Positions 1-9,279 of a stretch of DNA of 64,000 nt are shown piece after piece. Positions within the stretch are counted from its first letter, which is position 1. The number at the start of each line of letters is the position of its first letter. The position numbers and the translations under genes are program-made. The notes below the pieces were generated by a model. The model was not told the DNA's origin and did not search any database. It worked only from the letters and a program-made list of their open reading frames with translations. Where the stretch lies: NCBI GenBank assembly GCA_963785415.1, contig CAWAVB010000001.1, positions 1,187,922 to 1,251,921 of the forward strand, given 5' to 3'. The stretch comes from an uncultured Acidimicrobiaceae bacterium. GTDB lineage: Bacteria > Actinomycetota > Acidimicrobiia > Acidimicrobiales > Bog-793.

Positions 1-1532
1 CCGAGCCGCCGCTCCCAGAACTGGCGCTCGCTCTCGTAGGGCGCGTCGGCGGCCTCCGTGCGGGGACCGAACCGCATCGTCGCGCGCCGCGTGGTTTCGT
101 ACCGGGGCCAGCTCCCGACGAGCTCGTTCGACGGGTCGCCCGCGGCGGCGAACGCCACCCACGACGCCTGCACCTCCTCTGAGAGGTGGAAGGCGTCCTC
201 CCCGGTGCCCGCGAACAGCCCGACGACCGGTTCGTGGACCGTGCCGAACACGAAGGGCAGCTCGATGCCGTGGCAGGCGCCAAGCGCGCCGCCGGCGAAA
301 GGTGACGGCCAGTCGAACAGGTAGGCGTAGGCCGCCGGCGTGCGGGACCGGTGGGCGTCCGCGAGGCGGAGCTGGGGGACCCGGAAGATCCAGTCGGTGA
401 CGATCGCGTCGAGCAGGTCCCGCGCCGTCACCGGCTCGCCACGCCCCGCGCGGGTCGCCCGGTACTCGGCGATGGCGTCGCCGGCGATCGACCCGTCAGC
501 GATCCCCGCGCCCTGCACGTACCGTCCGACGACCCCCTCGAGATCGTCGTCGGTGAGCGTCCTCCCTGCGAGGATCGCGACCGAGAAGATCTTGAACTCG
601 TCACGGTTCGACCCGACGAGCAGGTCGACCCCCTCCGCGGAACCTGCCGCGATGGCGTCCTCGGGGTGGAACGGCAGCACGCCCCCGTCGACCACCGGCT
701 GGAACGGGACCCCGACCCCGTGGTCGACCTCGGCGTTGATCGCGTCCTGAGCATCGACGAGCTCACCGACCGGGACGGCGAGCAAGGCGTCCCGGCTCAG
801 CTCGGCAATCCCGAGCATGCCTGCGATCCGTTCGGCGATGCGCGCCGCGGGCGGTGGCTCGACCGCGAGCGCCGCGCCGCTCTCGGCGATGGCGCGCCGG
901 AACAGTCCCCGCGCCGACGGCGCAGCGAGCAGGTCGCAGATCGACATCGCCCCGGCCGACTCGCCGAACACGGTGACGTTCGAAGGGTCGCCCCCGAAGG
1001 CCCGGATGTTGTCCCTCACCCAGCCCAGAGCGGCGACCTGGTCGAGAAGACCCCAGTTGCCGAGCCCGCCACTCTCCTCGTCGGCGAGCGCCGGGTGGGC
1101 GAGAAAGCCGAGCGCGCCGAGCCGGTAGTTGAAGGTGACGACGACGACGCCGCGGGCCGCGAGCCGGTCGCCCCGGTACATGACTCCCGAACCGCTCCCG
1201 TTGCAGAAGGCCCCGCCGTGGACGAACACCATGACCGGAAGCGGTTCGCGCGCTTCCTCCGGGGCCCACACGTTGCACACGAGGCAGTCCTCGCTCTGGT
1301 CGAGCGGATCGCCGGGGAAGTAGCTGCCGAGCCCCGACGCCGGCTGCGGCGCGATCGGACCGAACGTCGAGGCGTCGCGCACGCCCTTCCACCCCGGCGC
1401 CGGCTGCGGCGCCCGGTAACGGAGGCGCCCGACCGGCGCCGCCGCGTACGGAATGCCCCGATAGGAGCGGACGCCGTCGGCCTCGGTCCCGCGCACGTCC
1501 CCTGAGCGGGTGGAAACGACTCCTGCCGACAC
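1..1532 (-). CDS. Carboxylesterase type B (para-nitrobenzyl-esterase-like); 3' end runs off the left edge
   Basis: Absent from the ORF track because the frame is open to position 1. My reverse-strand translation gives PLPVMVFVHGGAFCNGSGS, NYRLGALGFL and VTVFGESAGAMSI (GESAG nucleophile elbow). GTG at 1532 is the first start after the in-frame TGA at 1601-1599. Confidence 0.8.
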   Translation of the reverse strand, partial: MSAGVVSTRSGDVRGTEADGVRSYRGIPYAAAPVGRLRYRAPQPAPGWKGVRDASTFGPIAPQPASGLGSYFPGDPLDQSEDCLVCNVWAPEEAREPLPVMVFVHGGAFCNGSGSGVMYRGDRLAARGVVVVTFNYRLGALGFLAHPALADEESGGLGNWGLLDQVAALGWVRDNIRAFGGDPSNVTVFGESAGAMSICDLLAAPSARGLFRRAIAESGAALAVEPPPAARIAERIAGMLGIAELSRDALLAVPVGELVDAQDAINAEVDHGVGVPFQPVVDGGVLPFHPEDAIAAGSAEGVDLLVGSNRDEFKIFSVAILAGRTLTDDDLEGVVGRYVQGAGIADGSIAGDAIAEYRATRAGRGEPVTARDLLDAIVTDWIFRVPQLRLADAHRSRTPAAYAYLFDWPSPFAGGALGACHGIELPFVFGTVHEPVVGLFAGTGEDAFHLSEEVQASWVAFAAAGDPSNELVGSWPRYETTRRATMRFGPRTEAADAPYESERQFWERRL

Positions 1533-1658
1533 CTCGACCCTCCCGTCCGTGCACGTGCGACTCGCGGAGCTCGACGCTACCGGACCCGACGGGGCCTCTC
1601 ACCTGGTAGTTCGCCGAGAAGCTTTGACTTTTCCACGGAGTGTGGCCAAAGTTAACGA

Positions 1659-2891
1659 GTGTTATCGGTGAGGTTGAGGGGGTTGATCGCGCCGTTCGCC
1701 GGCGCGGTCGTCCTCGTGGGTCTTTGCGCCTCCCCGGCGGCCGCGACGGCCGGCGCCCCGGGGGGGCCGACGAACGCCGAGATCCAGGCGGCGCGCACGA
1801 AAGCGAGCGAGCTCGCCCAGCTGATCAGCACCGACAACGAGAACGAACAGATCGCCGCCGAGCACTTCGACCAGGCGAACATCATGGTCGGGCTTGACCT
1901 GAAACGGGTGGCAAACCTGCGGGCCCGGATCCGGCGGGAGAACCGCGCAATCGTCGCCGGCCGGCGAAGGGTCCAGGCGGCGGCCATCCAGACCTACGTC
2001 GACGGTGACATCACGTCGGCACAGTTCTCGGGCCTGCTCGCATCCTCGCTCACCGATGCGGAGTCGCTCACGACCTACGCCGAGGTGGCGACGACCTCGC
2101 TCCACTCCGCCGTCGTCCGGCTCGGCGAGGAGCGGGCGCGCCTCGTGGCGAGCGAAGCCGCCGCTCGCACCGCGGCCGCCGACGCCCACGCCGCGGCGCT
2201 GAGCGCCACGGCGGCCCGCGACGAGGCGTCCGCGGCCCAGCAGTCGACCGCATCGGCGCTCAGCGCGGTCCGGGGCCGGTTGGCCACGTTGATCGAGCAG
2301 CGCGCCCTCGCCATCGCCGAGGCGAAGGCCGCGGCGGCGCGGGCGGCCAAGTCGGCGGCGGCGCGCAACGAAGACGCGGAGAGCGCCGTCGAGAACTTCA
2401 ACCTGGCGAATGATCTCGGCGGGAGCGACCCTGCGGTGGCCGAGGCGGAGGCGGCCCAGGCAGCGTACGCGAGCGAGGTCGGCCACCCGGCGCTCGTCCC
2501 GGCGGGGTCGACCGTGGCGGGCGACCTCGCGGTCCACACCGCGGAGAGCTACCTCGGCGTCCCCTACGTCTGGGGCGGCGCGGGGCCGACGGGATTCGAC
2601 TGCTCCGGGCTCACGATGGTGGCGTGGGCGGCGGCGGGCGTCGCCCTGACCCACAGCGCGTGGTACCAGTACCGGGAGACCCAGCACGTCGCCCTGTCCG
2701 ACATCGAGCCGGGTGACCTGCTCTTTTACTCGTTCCCCGACGACGGCCCCGACCCGGTCACCCATGTCGCGATGTACGTCGGGTCCGGCCCGTACGGGGC
2801 CGAGACGATCATCCAGGCGCCCGAGACGGGCGAGACCGTCTCGTACTCGCCGATGTACTACTTCGGCTTCGTCGGGGCCGGTCAGCCCTGA
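1659..2891 (+). CDS. Secreted NlpC/P60 (C40) peptidoglycan endopeptidase with a long Ala-rich coiled-coil N-terminal region (RipA-like architecture)
   Basis: 410-aa ORF with a signal-like N-terminus (LIAPFAGAVVLVGLCASPAAA). The C-terminal YLGVPYVWGGAGPTGFDCSGL ... THVAMYVG matches the NlpC/P60 Cys/His pattern. Confidence 0.85.
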   Translation: MLSVRLRGLIAPFAGAVVLVGLCASPAAATAGAPGGPTNAEIQAARTKASELAQLISTDNENEQIAAEHFDQANIMVGLDLKRVANLRARIRRENRAIVAGRRRVQAAAIQTYVDGDITSAQFSGLLASSLTDAESLTTYAEVATTSLHSAVVRLGEERARLVASEAAARTAAADAHAAALSATAARDEASAAQQSTASALSAVRGRLATLIEQRALAIAEAKAAAARAAKSAAARNEDAESAVENFNLANDLGGSDPAVAEAEAAQAAYASEVGHPALVPAGSTVAGDLAVHTAESYLGVPYVWGGAGPTGFDCSGLTMVAWAAAGVALTHSAWYQYRETQHVALSDIEPGDLLFYSFPDDGPDPVTHVAMYVGSGPYGAETIIQAPETGETVSYSPMYYFGFVGAGQP

Positions 2892-2902
2892 CCGACGGCG
2901 GC

Positions 2903-3529
2903 TCAGGCCCCAGCCGGCCTCAGCCAGTCGGCCTCGTAGGTCTCGCGCCGTTCGGCCCAGTCCTCCGCGGTGATGGCGTACCGGACGTGGTCCTCCCACA
3001 CGCCGTCGATCTCGAGGTAGCGCCGGGCGAGACCCTCCTCGACGAGCCCGAGCTTCTCGACCACGCGTCGGCTCGGCAGATTGCGCGGGATGATCGCCAC
3101 CTGGACGCGGTGGAGCTCGAGCTCGTCGAAGGCGAACGCGAACACGGCAACGCAGGACTCCGGCACGTAACCTCGACCGGCGTGCGCCTCGTCGATCCAG
3201 TAACCGAGGTACGCGCTCTGGGAGGCGCCCCGCTGGATCGACGAGAGGTTGATCTCGCCGACGAACGTCCTGTCGACGAAGATCCCGAAGCTGTACGCCG
3301 TGCCGAGCTGTCGGTCGCGGTCGCGCATCGCGCAGCGCGCCGCGAACGAGGAACGGTCCTCCGCGGGGTACTGACCGCCGGTCCGGCGCGGCTCCCAGTG
3401 GATGAGCCATTCGCGGTCCCGGGTCCGCACCTCGATCCAGTCGCGGTAGTCCCCGGCCCGCAACGGGCGCAGCAACACTCGACGACCGCGAAGCTCCTGA
3501 CCGAGCGAGCGCGGGCTCAGCGTGACCAC
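2903..3529 (-). CDS. GNAT N-acetyltransferase, RimJ/RimL-like
   Basis: 208-aa ORF. LRPLRAGDYRDW ... GYWIDEAHAGRGYVPES ... ELELHRVQVAIIPRNLPSRRVVEKLGLVEEG is typical of ribosomal-protein N-acetyltransferase-type GNATs. Confidence 0.8.
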   Translation of the reverse strand: MVTLSPRSLGQELRGRRVLLRPLRAGDYRDWIEVRTRDREWLIHWEPRRTGGQYPAEDRSSFAARCAMRDRDRQLGTAYSFGIFVDRTFVGEINLSSIQRGASQSAYLGYWIDEAHAGRGYVPESCVAVFAFAFDELELHRVQVAIIPRNLPSRRVVEKLGLVEEGLARRYLEIDGVWEDHVRYAITAEDWAERRETYEADWLRPAGA

Positions 3530-3690
3530 GACCCCGTCCGGCGCGTTGTCGGCGACGTCATGCCTGCGGGACCTGGGAGGCCATCGGTCACGATCCCATC
3601 GTGCCAGATCCCCCGCCGACTCTCACCACCTACACTCGGCCGACACCGGAACGTCGCGATCACCAAGACGACGGGACCGGTCCAAGCGCG

Positions 3691-5640
3691 ATGACCATTC
3701 AGCAGAACTTTCCGGACCGCGAGGACGAACTTGCCCGTCTCGTCGCCGCGCTCGAGCGGACGGCGCGCGAGCTCGACGCCCGAGCCGCGCCGTCGGCGAC
3801 GCGGACCTTCGACTTCTGGCACGGAGGCGACCGGGAGGACCCGGATGCTGGCGGGGTCCCCGCAGGGTCCGCCGGTGGCTATCCCCCCGACGCCTCCGAG
3901 GACCGACGCGCCTACCTCCGTTGGCTCGATCTGCACGGCGAGCCGTCCGGGGTCGGCTCACCGGGCGCCGATTCCCGCCGCACGCCGGTGACGAGGCGAC
4001 CGCGACGTGGCACGCCGCAGTTCACCGTCCTCGTCGCCGCGGCCGGCACGCCCACCGAGTTCTTGGAGCGCTGTGTCGGGTCGATCTTCGCCCAATCCTT
4101 CGCCAAATGGGAGCTCATCGTCGTCTGCGATCTCTCGGACGCATCGGCGGCCGACTGCGTCGGATCCCTGCGGCGCGTCGACCGGCGCGTCCGCGTCGTG
4201 CCGACGGGGGACGGTTCGGGCGTCGACGCGGTCAACGAGGCAGTCCGGGGGGCGAAAGGCGAGTTTGTTGCGTTCGTCGCGGCACGCGACGAGCTCTCCA
4301 AGGACGCCCTGGCCGACGTCGCCGCGGCGATCGCCGAGTCGCCGGACGCCGACGTGGTCTACACCGACGAGGACCGGATCGACCCGGTCGGGGAACGTTT
4401 CGCGCCGATCCTCAAGCCCGCCTGGTCACCGGATTACCTTCTCGACTGCGACTACGTCGGCCGGCTCGTGGTGATCCGCCGTGCCCTGTTCGTGGACCTC
4501 GGCGGCCTGCGGCCGGGTTTCGACTCCGCAGCCGAGTACGACCTCGTGCTGCGCGCGACCGAGCGGGCGCGTCGGATCGAACACGTGACCGGCGTCGCCT
4601 ATCACCGCCGTCAAGCGGAGGCGACGGAACTCGGGGGCCCGGGAGCCGCCGACGCCACGCGCCGCGTGATCGCCGACGCGCTTGTCCGGCGCGGCTCGCC
4701 CGCCACGATCGAGGACGGGGTCATCGCGGGTCATCACAACGTCCGCCACGGCTTCGCGCGCCAGCCGCTCGTCAGCATCATCATCCCGTTCCGCGACGAA
4801 CCCGCGCTCACCGCGAAATGCGTGACGTCGATCCGGGCCCGTCCGGGCTACGAACATCTCGAGATCGTGCTCGTCGACAACGAGAGCGAGCTCCCCGAGT
4901 CGAGGGCCCTCGTCGAACGGCTCGTGGCCGAACCCGGGGTGCGTCTCGTCGACGCGCCCGGTCCTTTCAACTGGTCGGCGATCAACAACGCCGCGGTCCG
5001 GACGTGCGACGGCGAGCTCCTCTTGTTCATGAACAACGACATCGAGGCCCGCAAGCCGCACTGGCTCGACCCGCTCGTCGGCCACGCGTTGCGCCCGGTG
5101 GTCGGCGCGGTGGGGGCGCGCCTCGTGTACCCCGACGGGTCGCTCCAGCACGGCGGGGTCGTCTTCGGCCTCGGCGGGCTGGCGGCGCACGTGCTGCGCG
5201 GCCTGCCCGGAGACCGCCCCGGCTACGGCGCGATGGCGGTCGAGACCCGCGACTGCTCCGCGGTCACCGGCGCCTGCATGATGGTGCGTCGTGAGGTGTT
5301 CGACTCGATCGGAGGATTCGACGAGAAGCTCTCGGTCTCGTTCAACGACGTCGACTTCTGCCTGAAGCTACGGGAGGCCGGCTACCTCGTCGTGTACACG
5401 CCGCTCACCGAGCTCGTCCACCACGAGTCACGCTCGCGGGGCCACACCGAGGACTCGCCGGCCCACCGCAGGATCCTCGACCGCTGGGGGACGACGCTCG
5501 CCAGCGGCGACCCCTACTACAACGACCTGCTGAGCAAGTGGCGGGACTGGTGTCCGATTTCGACGGTACAGGAGGACGAACGATGGACGAACTTTCTCAC
5601 GACGACGCTCTCGACGCCGGATCCATCGTCGAGCAGCTGA
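3691..5640 (+). CDS. Two-domain family 2 glycosyltransferase
   Basis: Two GT2 modules: FTVLVAAAGTPTEFLERCVGSIFAQSF..VVYTDEDRID and VSIIIPFRDEPALTAKCVTSI..LLFMNNDIE. The track ORF starts at 3601, but third-position GC is low before the ATG at 3691, so I prefer 3691. Confidence 0.8.
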   Translation: MTIQQNFPDREDELARLVAALERTARELDARAAPSATRTFDFWHGGDREDPDAGGVPAGSAGGYPPDASEDRRAYLRWLDLHGEPSGVGSPGADSRRTPVTRRPRRGTPQFTVLVAAAGTPTEFLERCVGSIFAQSFAKWELIVVCDLSDASAADCVGSLRRVDRRVRVVPTGDGSGVDAVNEAVRGAKGEFVAFVAARDELSKDALADVAAAIAESPDADVVYTDEDRIDPVGERFAPILKPAWSPDYLLDCDYVGRLVVIRRALFVDLGGLRPGFDSAAEYDLVLRATERARRIEHVTGVAYHRRQAEATELGGPGAADATRRVIADALVRRGSPATIEDGVIAGHHNVRHGFARQPLVSIIIPFRDEPALTAKCVTSIRARPGYEHLEIVLVDNESELPESRALVERLVAEPGVRLVDAPGPFNWSAINNAAVRTCDGELLLFMNNDIEARKPHWLDPLVGHALRPVVGAVGARLVYPDGSLQHGGVVFGLGGLAAHVLRGLPGDRPGYGAMAVETRDCSAVTGACMMVRREVFDSIGGFDEKLSVSFNDVDFCLKLREAGYLVVYTPLTELVHHESRSRGHTEDSPAHRRILDRWGTTLASGDPYYNDLLSKWRDWCPISTVQEDERWTNFLTTTLSTPDPSSSS

Positions 5641-6059
5641 GGTCGCTCGTCGCCGAGGGCCGGAGCGAGTACCCGCGCACCTGGATGCCGCGGGCGACCT
5701 ACGAGGATCTCGTCGTCGACGACGGGCGCAAGCCGATCCACCTCATCGAGAGCCTCCACTACCTCCACCGCCACTGGGACATGGCGAACTCGCGGATCTG
5801 CAAGGGGATCGGCTGGGGGCCGAAGGCCCTCGTCCAGCGCTTGCTCAGCCGGATCGTCAACGGCGCGATGAGCCACTACTACGCCGAGGAGCAGGCGTTC
5901 CGCTCGAATGTCGCCCGGGCGATCGACGCCATCGCCTACCGCGTCGACAACATCAACTACGCCGACCAGCGGGCGCTGCTCGGAGCCGTCCGCGAAGACC
6001 TCATCGACCTCGCCCGCCACGTCGAGCACCAGCTCGACGTCGGCGGCGTCGACCGCTGA
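5583..6059 (+). CDS. Hypothetical protein in the glycosyltransferase cluster
   Basis: AGGAGG lies 5 nt upstream of the ATG at 5583, and third-position GC is high throughout. The pattern LHYLHRHWDM...GWGPKALVQRLLSRIV...EEQAFRSNVARAIDAIAYRVDNI resembles, from memory, the N-terminal helical module fused to methyltransferases/GTs in O-antigen-type loci. Confidence 0.6.
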   Translation: MDELSHDDALDAGSIVEQLRSLVAEGRSEYPRTWMPRATYEDLVVDDGRKPIHLIESLHYLHRHWDMANSRICKGIGWGPKALVQRLLSRIVNGAMSHYYAEEQAFRSNVARAIDAIAYRVDNINYADQRALLGAVREDLIDLARHVEHQLDVGGVDR

Positions 6060-6084
6060 GCCGGAGACGGTCGCCACCCCGGCC

Positions 6085-7269
6085 ATGACGGCGCCCCGGA
6101 TCCGACCCGTCGCCGCGATCGTCACCCGCTTCTGGGGCGACGCGCAGGGGGAGGCCGTCGCCGCGACGCGCCTTCTCGCCGGGGCGCTCGCCCGCCACGC
6201 CGACGTCGCGGTCGTCCAGCTCGGCGAGGCCGAGCGGCCGGTGCACAACGACAGCGTCTTCGAGGTTCACCCCGTCGCCGTCCGTGGCGCGAACCCGCGG
6301 CGCAGCGCGTTGCTGCGCGCCGCGCTCGCCGGGCGGGTCGCGAAGTCGAGCCCGCCCTCGGCCGCGGCCGAACTGCTGCGCCAGTACGCGGGAGACGCAC
6401 CCGACGTCGTCGGGACCCTCGACGCGATCGCCCCGGACGCCGTCATCCTCGCCGGGTTCGATCAGCCCTGGAACCTGTCGACGCTCGGCGTCCCGGGCTC
6501 GAGCGGCCGGCCCCGCGTCGTCGCGATCCCGTTCCTCGACGCCGGACGACCGCTGCGGAGCGAGATCACCCGGCTCGTCGACCACGCCGACCGGGTCGGC
6601 ATCGTCCACCCCGGCGAGCGCGCCCGGCTCGTCGCGCTCGACCCCGACCGCGAACCCGATGTCGTGCCCCTCGACCTCGCGATCGGCGTGAACCGCCACG
6701 CCTACGCGGATCCGCTCGTCGGCGTCGCCCCGTTCGGCGACTATGTGCTGCTCATCCGGTGCTTCCCCGCCGGCAGCCCGCGCCTCGCCCGATCCGTGAA
6801 CGCCGAGATGCTCCCCGCGATCCTGAAGGGAATCTCCGTCGCCGAGGTCGACGGCGAGACGTGGCGGATCTGCGACGCCGACAACACCTCGGTCCTGCCG
6901 GTGAACCCGAGCGGCGTGAACTTCGCCCGGCTCGTCGCCCGGGCCCGGGCGACGGTCGACGCCCGGCCGCCGGGCCCGGTCGGCACCATCGCCATCGAGT
7001 CGATGCTCCTCGGCGTCCCCGTCGTCGTCCCCGACGACTCCGCCTCCAAGGCCCACGTCGCCGCCGCGAACGGCGGCCTGTGGTACCGGGACGTCGGCGA
7101 GTTGTTCGACGCCGTCCGGGTTCTCGTCCACAGCCCCATCGGCGCGAAGCTCGCCCAGCAGGGGCGCAGCTACGCACTGGCCAAACACGGGGACATCGAC
7201 GACTTCGTCGCGCGCACGGCGACGCTCGTCCTCGGTGGCGATCGCGCGAGGACGCCAGCCCAGGTCTAG
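6085..7269 (+). CDS. Glycosyltransferase, GT-B fold (group 1/GT4-like)
   Basis: ATG at 6085 (MTAPRIRPVAAIVTRFWGDAQGEAV); upstream of it the same frame is Ser/Thr-rich junk. The C-terminal VGTIAIESMLLGVPVVVPDDSASKAHV..GGLWYRD resembles the GT1 nucleotide-sugar-binding half. Confidence 0.7.
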   Translation: MTAPRIRPVAAIVTRFWGDAQGEAVAATRLLAGALARHADVAVVQLGEAERPVHNDSVFEVHPVAVRGANPRRSALLRAALAGRVAKSSPPSAAAELLRQYAGDAPDVVGTLDAIAPDAVILAGFDQPWNLSTLGVPGSSGRPRVVAIPFLDAGRPLRSEITRLVDHADRVGIVHPGERARLVALDPDREPDVVPLDLAIGVNRHAYADPLVGVAPFGDYVLLIRCFPAGSPRLARSVNAEMLPAILKGISVAEVDGETWRICDADNTSVLPVNPSGVNFARLVARARATVDARPPGPVGTIAIESMLLGVPVVVPDDSASKAHVAAANGGLWYRDVGELFDAVRVLVHSPIGAKLAQQGRSYALAKHGDIDDFVARTATLVLGGDRARTPAQV

Positions 7270-7282
7270 GAACGCGCGCCGC

Positions 7283-9178
7283 TCAGGCCCCGCGCAGCTC
7301 CGCGGCGATCCCGTCGAGGATGTCGTGCTCCGAATGGACGAGCTCCTCGTGGCCTAGCCGGCCCATCACCTCGGCCAGGACGACGGTCCCGCCGACGATG
7401 ACGTCTGACCGCCCCTCTTCGATCGAGGCCCGCGAGCGGCGCTCGACCGAGGTCTCGGCGGCGAGCCGCGCCAGCCATCGTTCGACCGCGGCCCGTGACA
7501 ACCGGGCCAGGTGGACGGCCTCGGAGTCGTAGTGGTCGAGCCCGAGCTCGAGCGCGACGAGCGTCGAGATCGTGCCGGCGACCCCGACCATCCGGCGGGG
7601 CACGCCGAGGGCGGGGAGGCGGGCGAGCGCCGATTCGACGGCGCCCGCGACAAAGGCGCGGGCGGCCGCCAGCTCGGCCGCGTCCGGCGGGTCGGACGCC
7701 AGGAACCGCTCGGTCACCCGCACGCAGCCGACGTCGAGCGAGACGACCGCCGCGGGCGCGCCGCTATCTCCCGCCGGTCCGGCGACGAGCTCGGTCGAGC
7801 CGCCGCCCAGGTCGACGACGAGGAAAGGACCGGTGCCGGGATCGAGACCGGCGGTCGCGCCCCGGTAGGCGAGACGGCCCTCCACGTCGCCGGCGATGAG
7901 CTCGGGCCGGACGCCGAGGACCGCGGTCGCCGCGTCGAAGAACTCCGCGGCGTTCGCGGCGTCGCGCGCCGCGGACGTGGCCGTCGCCCGGACGCGCACG
8001 ACGCCGTGCGCGTCAAGGCGCGCCCGGAACTCGGTGAGCGCGGCGAGGGTGCGCGCGATCGCCGCGGGCGCGAGCTCACCGGTGCGGTCGACGCCCTCGC
8101 CGAGGCGCGTGACGATCATCCGCCGCTCGAGCGTCGAGCCATCGGGGCCCACGACGAGCAGGCGGGTCGAGTTCGTCCCGCAGTCGACCGCGGCCACCGC
8201 CCCCTTGAGCTCGCCGGCGAGCTCTCCGGCCACCCAGCGCCCGACGGGGTCGCCCCCTCCGGCGAGATACCAGGCGAGGTGGGCGTGGAGGCACTTCACG
8301 CCCGTCCTGGTGCCGCCGACCCCGCCCGCGGGGCGCGGGCCGGAATGGTCGGCGGGGATCCGCCCGTCGCGCTCCGCGGCGTACCGGGCGTGGGCCGCGG
8401 CGAGCGCTCCGGGGTCGGTGGCCCGCTCGGCACGCCGCACGCCCCCGGCGGCCTCGAGCCGGCCGACGAGCTCCTGCTCGGTGCGCCCGACGAGCCAGTA
8501 GCTCGTCGGCATCGGGGTCCCGTCGTCGAGGAACGGGGCGTTGCGGATGACGACGGGACCGCCGGTCGCGTCACGGACGACGACCCGGAAGCCTCCGGCA
8601 GGCGGCCGCCCGAGCAGGGCCGTCACCGCGGCGAGATCCCCGGGCGACGGATCGTCGCCGGGGGTGGCGGCGGGCGACGCGGCGGGGCCCGGCGCGTCGA
8701 GGGGGCATTCGGCGACCCGTGCGGCGTGGGCGGTGAGGGCCCGGCCGACGCGTCCGTCGAAGGGGAGAAGGGGCCAGGCGTCCGCCGATAGCCGCACGAG
8801 GCCCGCCGGCCTTCCGCCGATCGTGCCGACGACGATCTCGCCCGGGGATGCCTCGGCGATCCGGCGCCAGCACTCCCGGTCGGCCGCGACCGGCCCAGCG
8901 GCCAGCGCGTCTTCGAGGGCCACGACGAGCACGTCGGCGCCCGACCGCTGGGCGTAGTCGACCGCGGCGCGCAGCGCCGTCGCCTCGCTCGCCGCGCCGG
9001 CACGATCGACGATCACGGTGGCGTCCTCGGGGAGCCCGCGGAGTCGCGCCGTCGGGCCGACGACCACGACGACCTCGTCGGGATGGGCCCCTCCCGCCGC
9101 CCGAGCCACCTCGTCGAGCCGAACGGGGCCGGCGCCACGGTTCGGGCCGACCGCGACGACGACGGCGATGACGCTCAT
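7283..9178 (-). CDS. ppx: Three-module fusion: degenerate MobA-like nucleotidyltransferase-like domain + DUF501 + Ppx/GppA exopolyphosphatase
   Basis: 631-aa ORF. The middle region PFLDDGTPMPTSYWLVGR...GVKCLHAHLAWYLAGGGDPVGRW matches the DUF501 pattern. The C-terminal AAVDCGTNSTRLLVV...DLGGGSTELV matches the Ppx/GppA ASKHA fold. Confidence 0.8.
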   Translation of the reverse strand: MSVIAVVVAVGPNRGAGPVRLDEVARAAGGAHPDEVVVVVGPTARLRGLPEDATVIVDRAGAASEATALRAAVDYAQRSGADVLVVALEDALAAGPVAADRECWRRIAEASPGEIVVGTIGGRPAGLVRLSADAWPLLPFDGRVGRALTAHAARVAECPLDAPGPAASPAATPGDDPSPGDLAAVTALLGRPPAGGFRVVVRDATGGPVVIRNAPFLDDGTPMPTSYWLVGRTEQELVGRLEAAGGVRRAERATDPGALAAAHARYAAERDGRIPADHSGPRPAGGVGGTRTGVKCLHAHLAWYLAGGGDPVGRWVAGELAGELKGAVAAVDCGTNSTRLLVVGPDGSTLERRMIVTRLGEGVDRTGELAPAAIARTLAALTEFRARLDAHGVVRVRATATSAARDAANAAEFFDAATAVLGVRPELIAGDVEGRLAYRGATAGLDPGTGPFLVVDLGGGSTELVAGPAGDSGAPAAVVSLDVGCVRVTERFLASDPPDAAELAAARAFVAGAVESALARLPALGVPRRMVGVAGTISTLVALELGLDHYDSEAVHLARLSRAAVERWLARLAAETSVERRSRASIEEGRSDVIVGGTVVLAEVMGRLGHEELVHSEHDILDGIAAELRGA

Positions 9179-9279
9179 CGCCGCAGCTTAGAGGTGCCCC
9201 GAAAGCCCCGGTTCTTCCTCGCAACCGCCGCGGCGCCCCGAACCCGGCCGCATCGTCAGTCCTTGGCTAACGTCGCGTT

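Noticed and set aside
351-1505. Long plus-strand ORF (384 aa) and the overlapping minus-strand ORF 763..1602
   Set aside because: Both are Arg/Asp/Pro-rich with no motifs. The real gene is the carboxylesterase in another minus-strand frame. These are typical open off-frames of GC-rich DNA.
1662-3410. 582-aa minus-strand ORF overlapping the NlpC/P60 and GNAT genes
   Set aside because: Extreme Arg/Gly/Pro composition. It runs antisense or out of frame to two motif-supported genes.
3522-5294. 590-aa plus-strand ORF overlapping the GT2 gene
   Set aside because: About 30% Arg by eye and no motifs. The GT2 frame carries clear glycosyltransferase signatures.
9179-9279. Possible ydaO-type (c-di-AMP) riboswitch upstream of the Rpf-like gene (CCCGAACCCG ... 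GGCTAACGTCGCG resembles the 3' part of the motif)
   Set aside because: The spacer is only 101 nt. The characteristic GGGGA/ACCC and GGGUGAAUC elements are not present, and the CAGCUAACC block is interrupted. An Infernal scan with the ydaO-yuaA model would be decisive. The same negative impression holds for 1533-1658, upstream of the NlpC/P60 gene.
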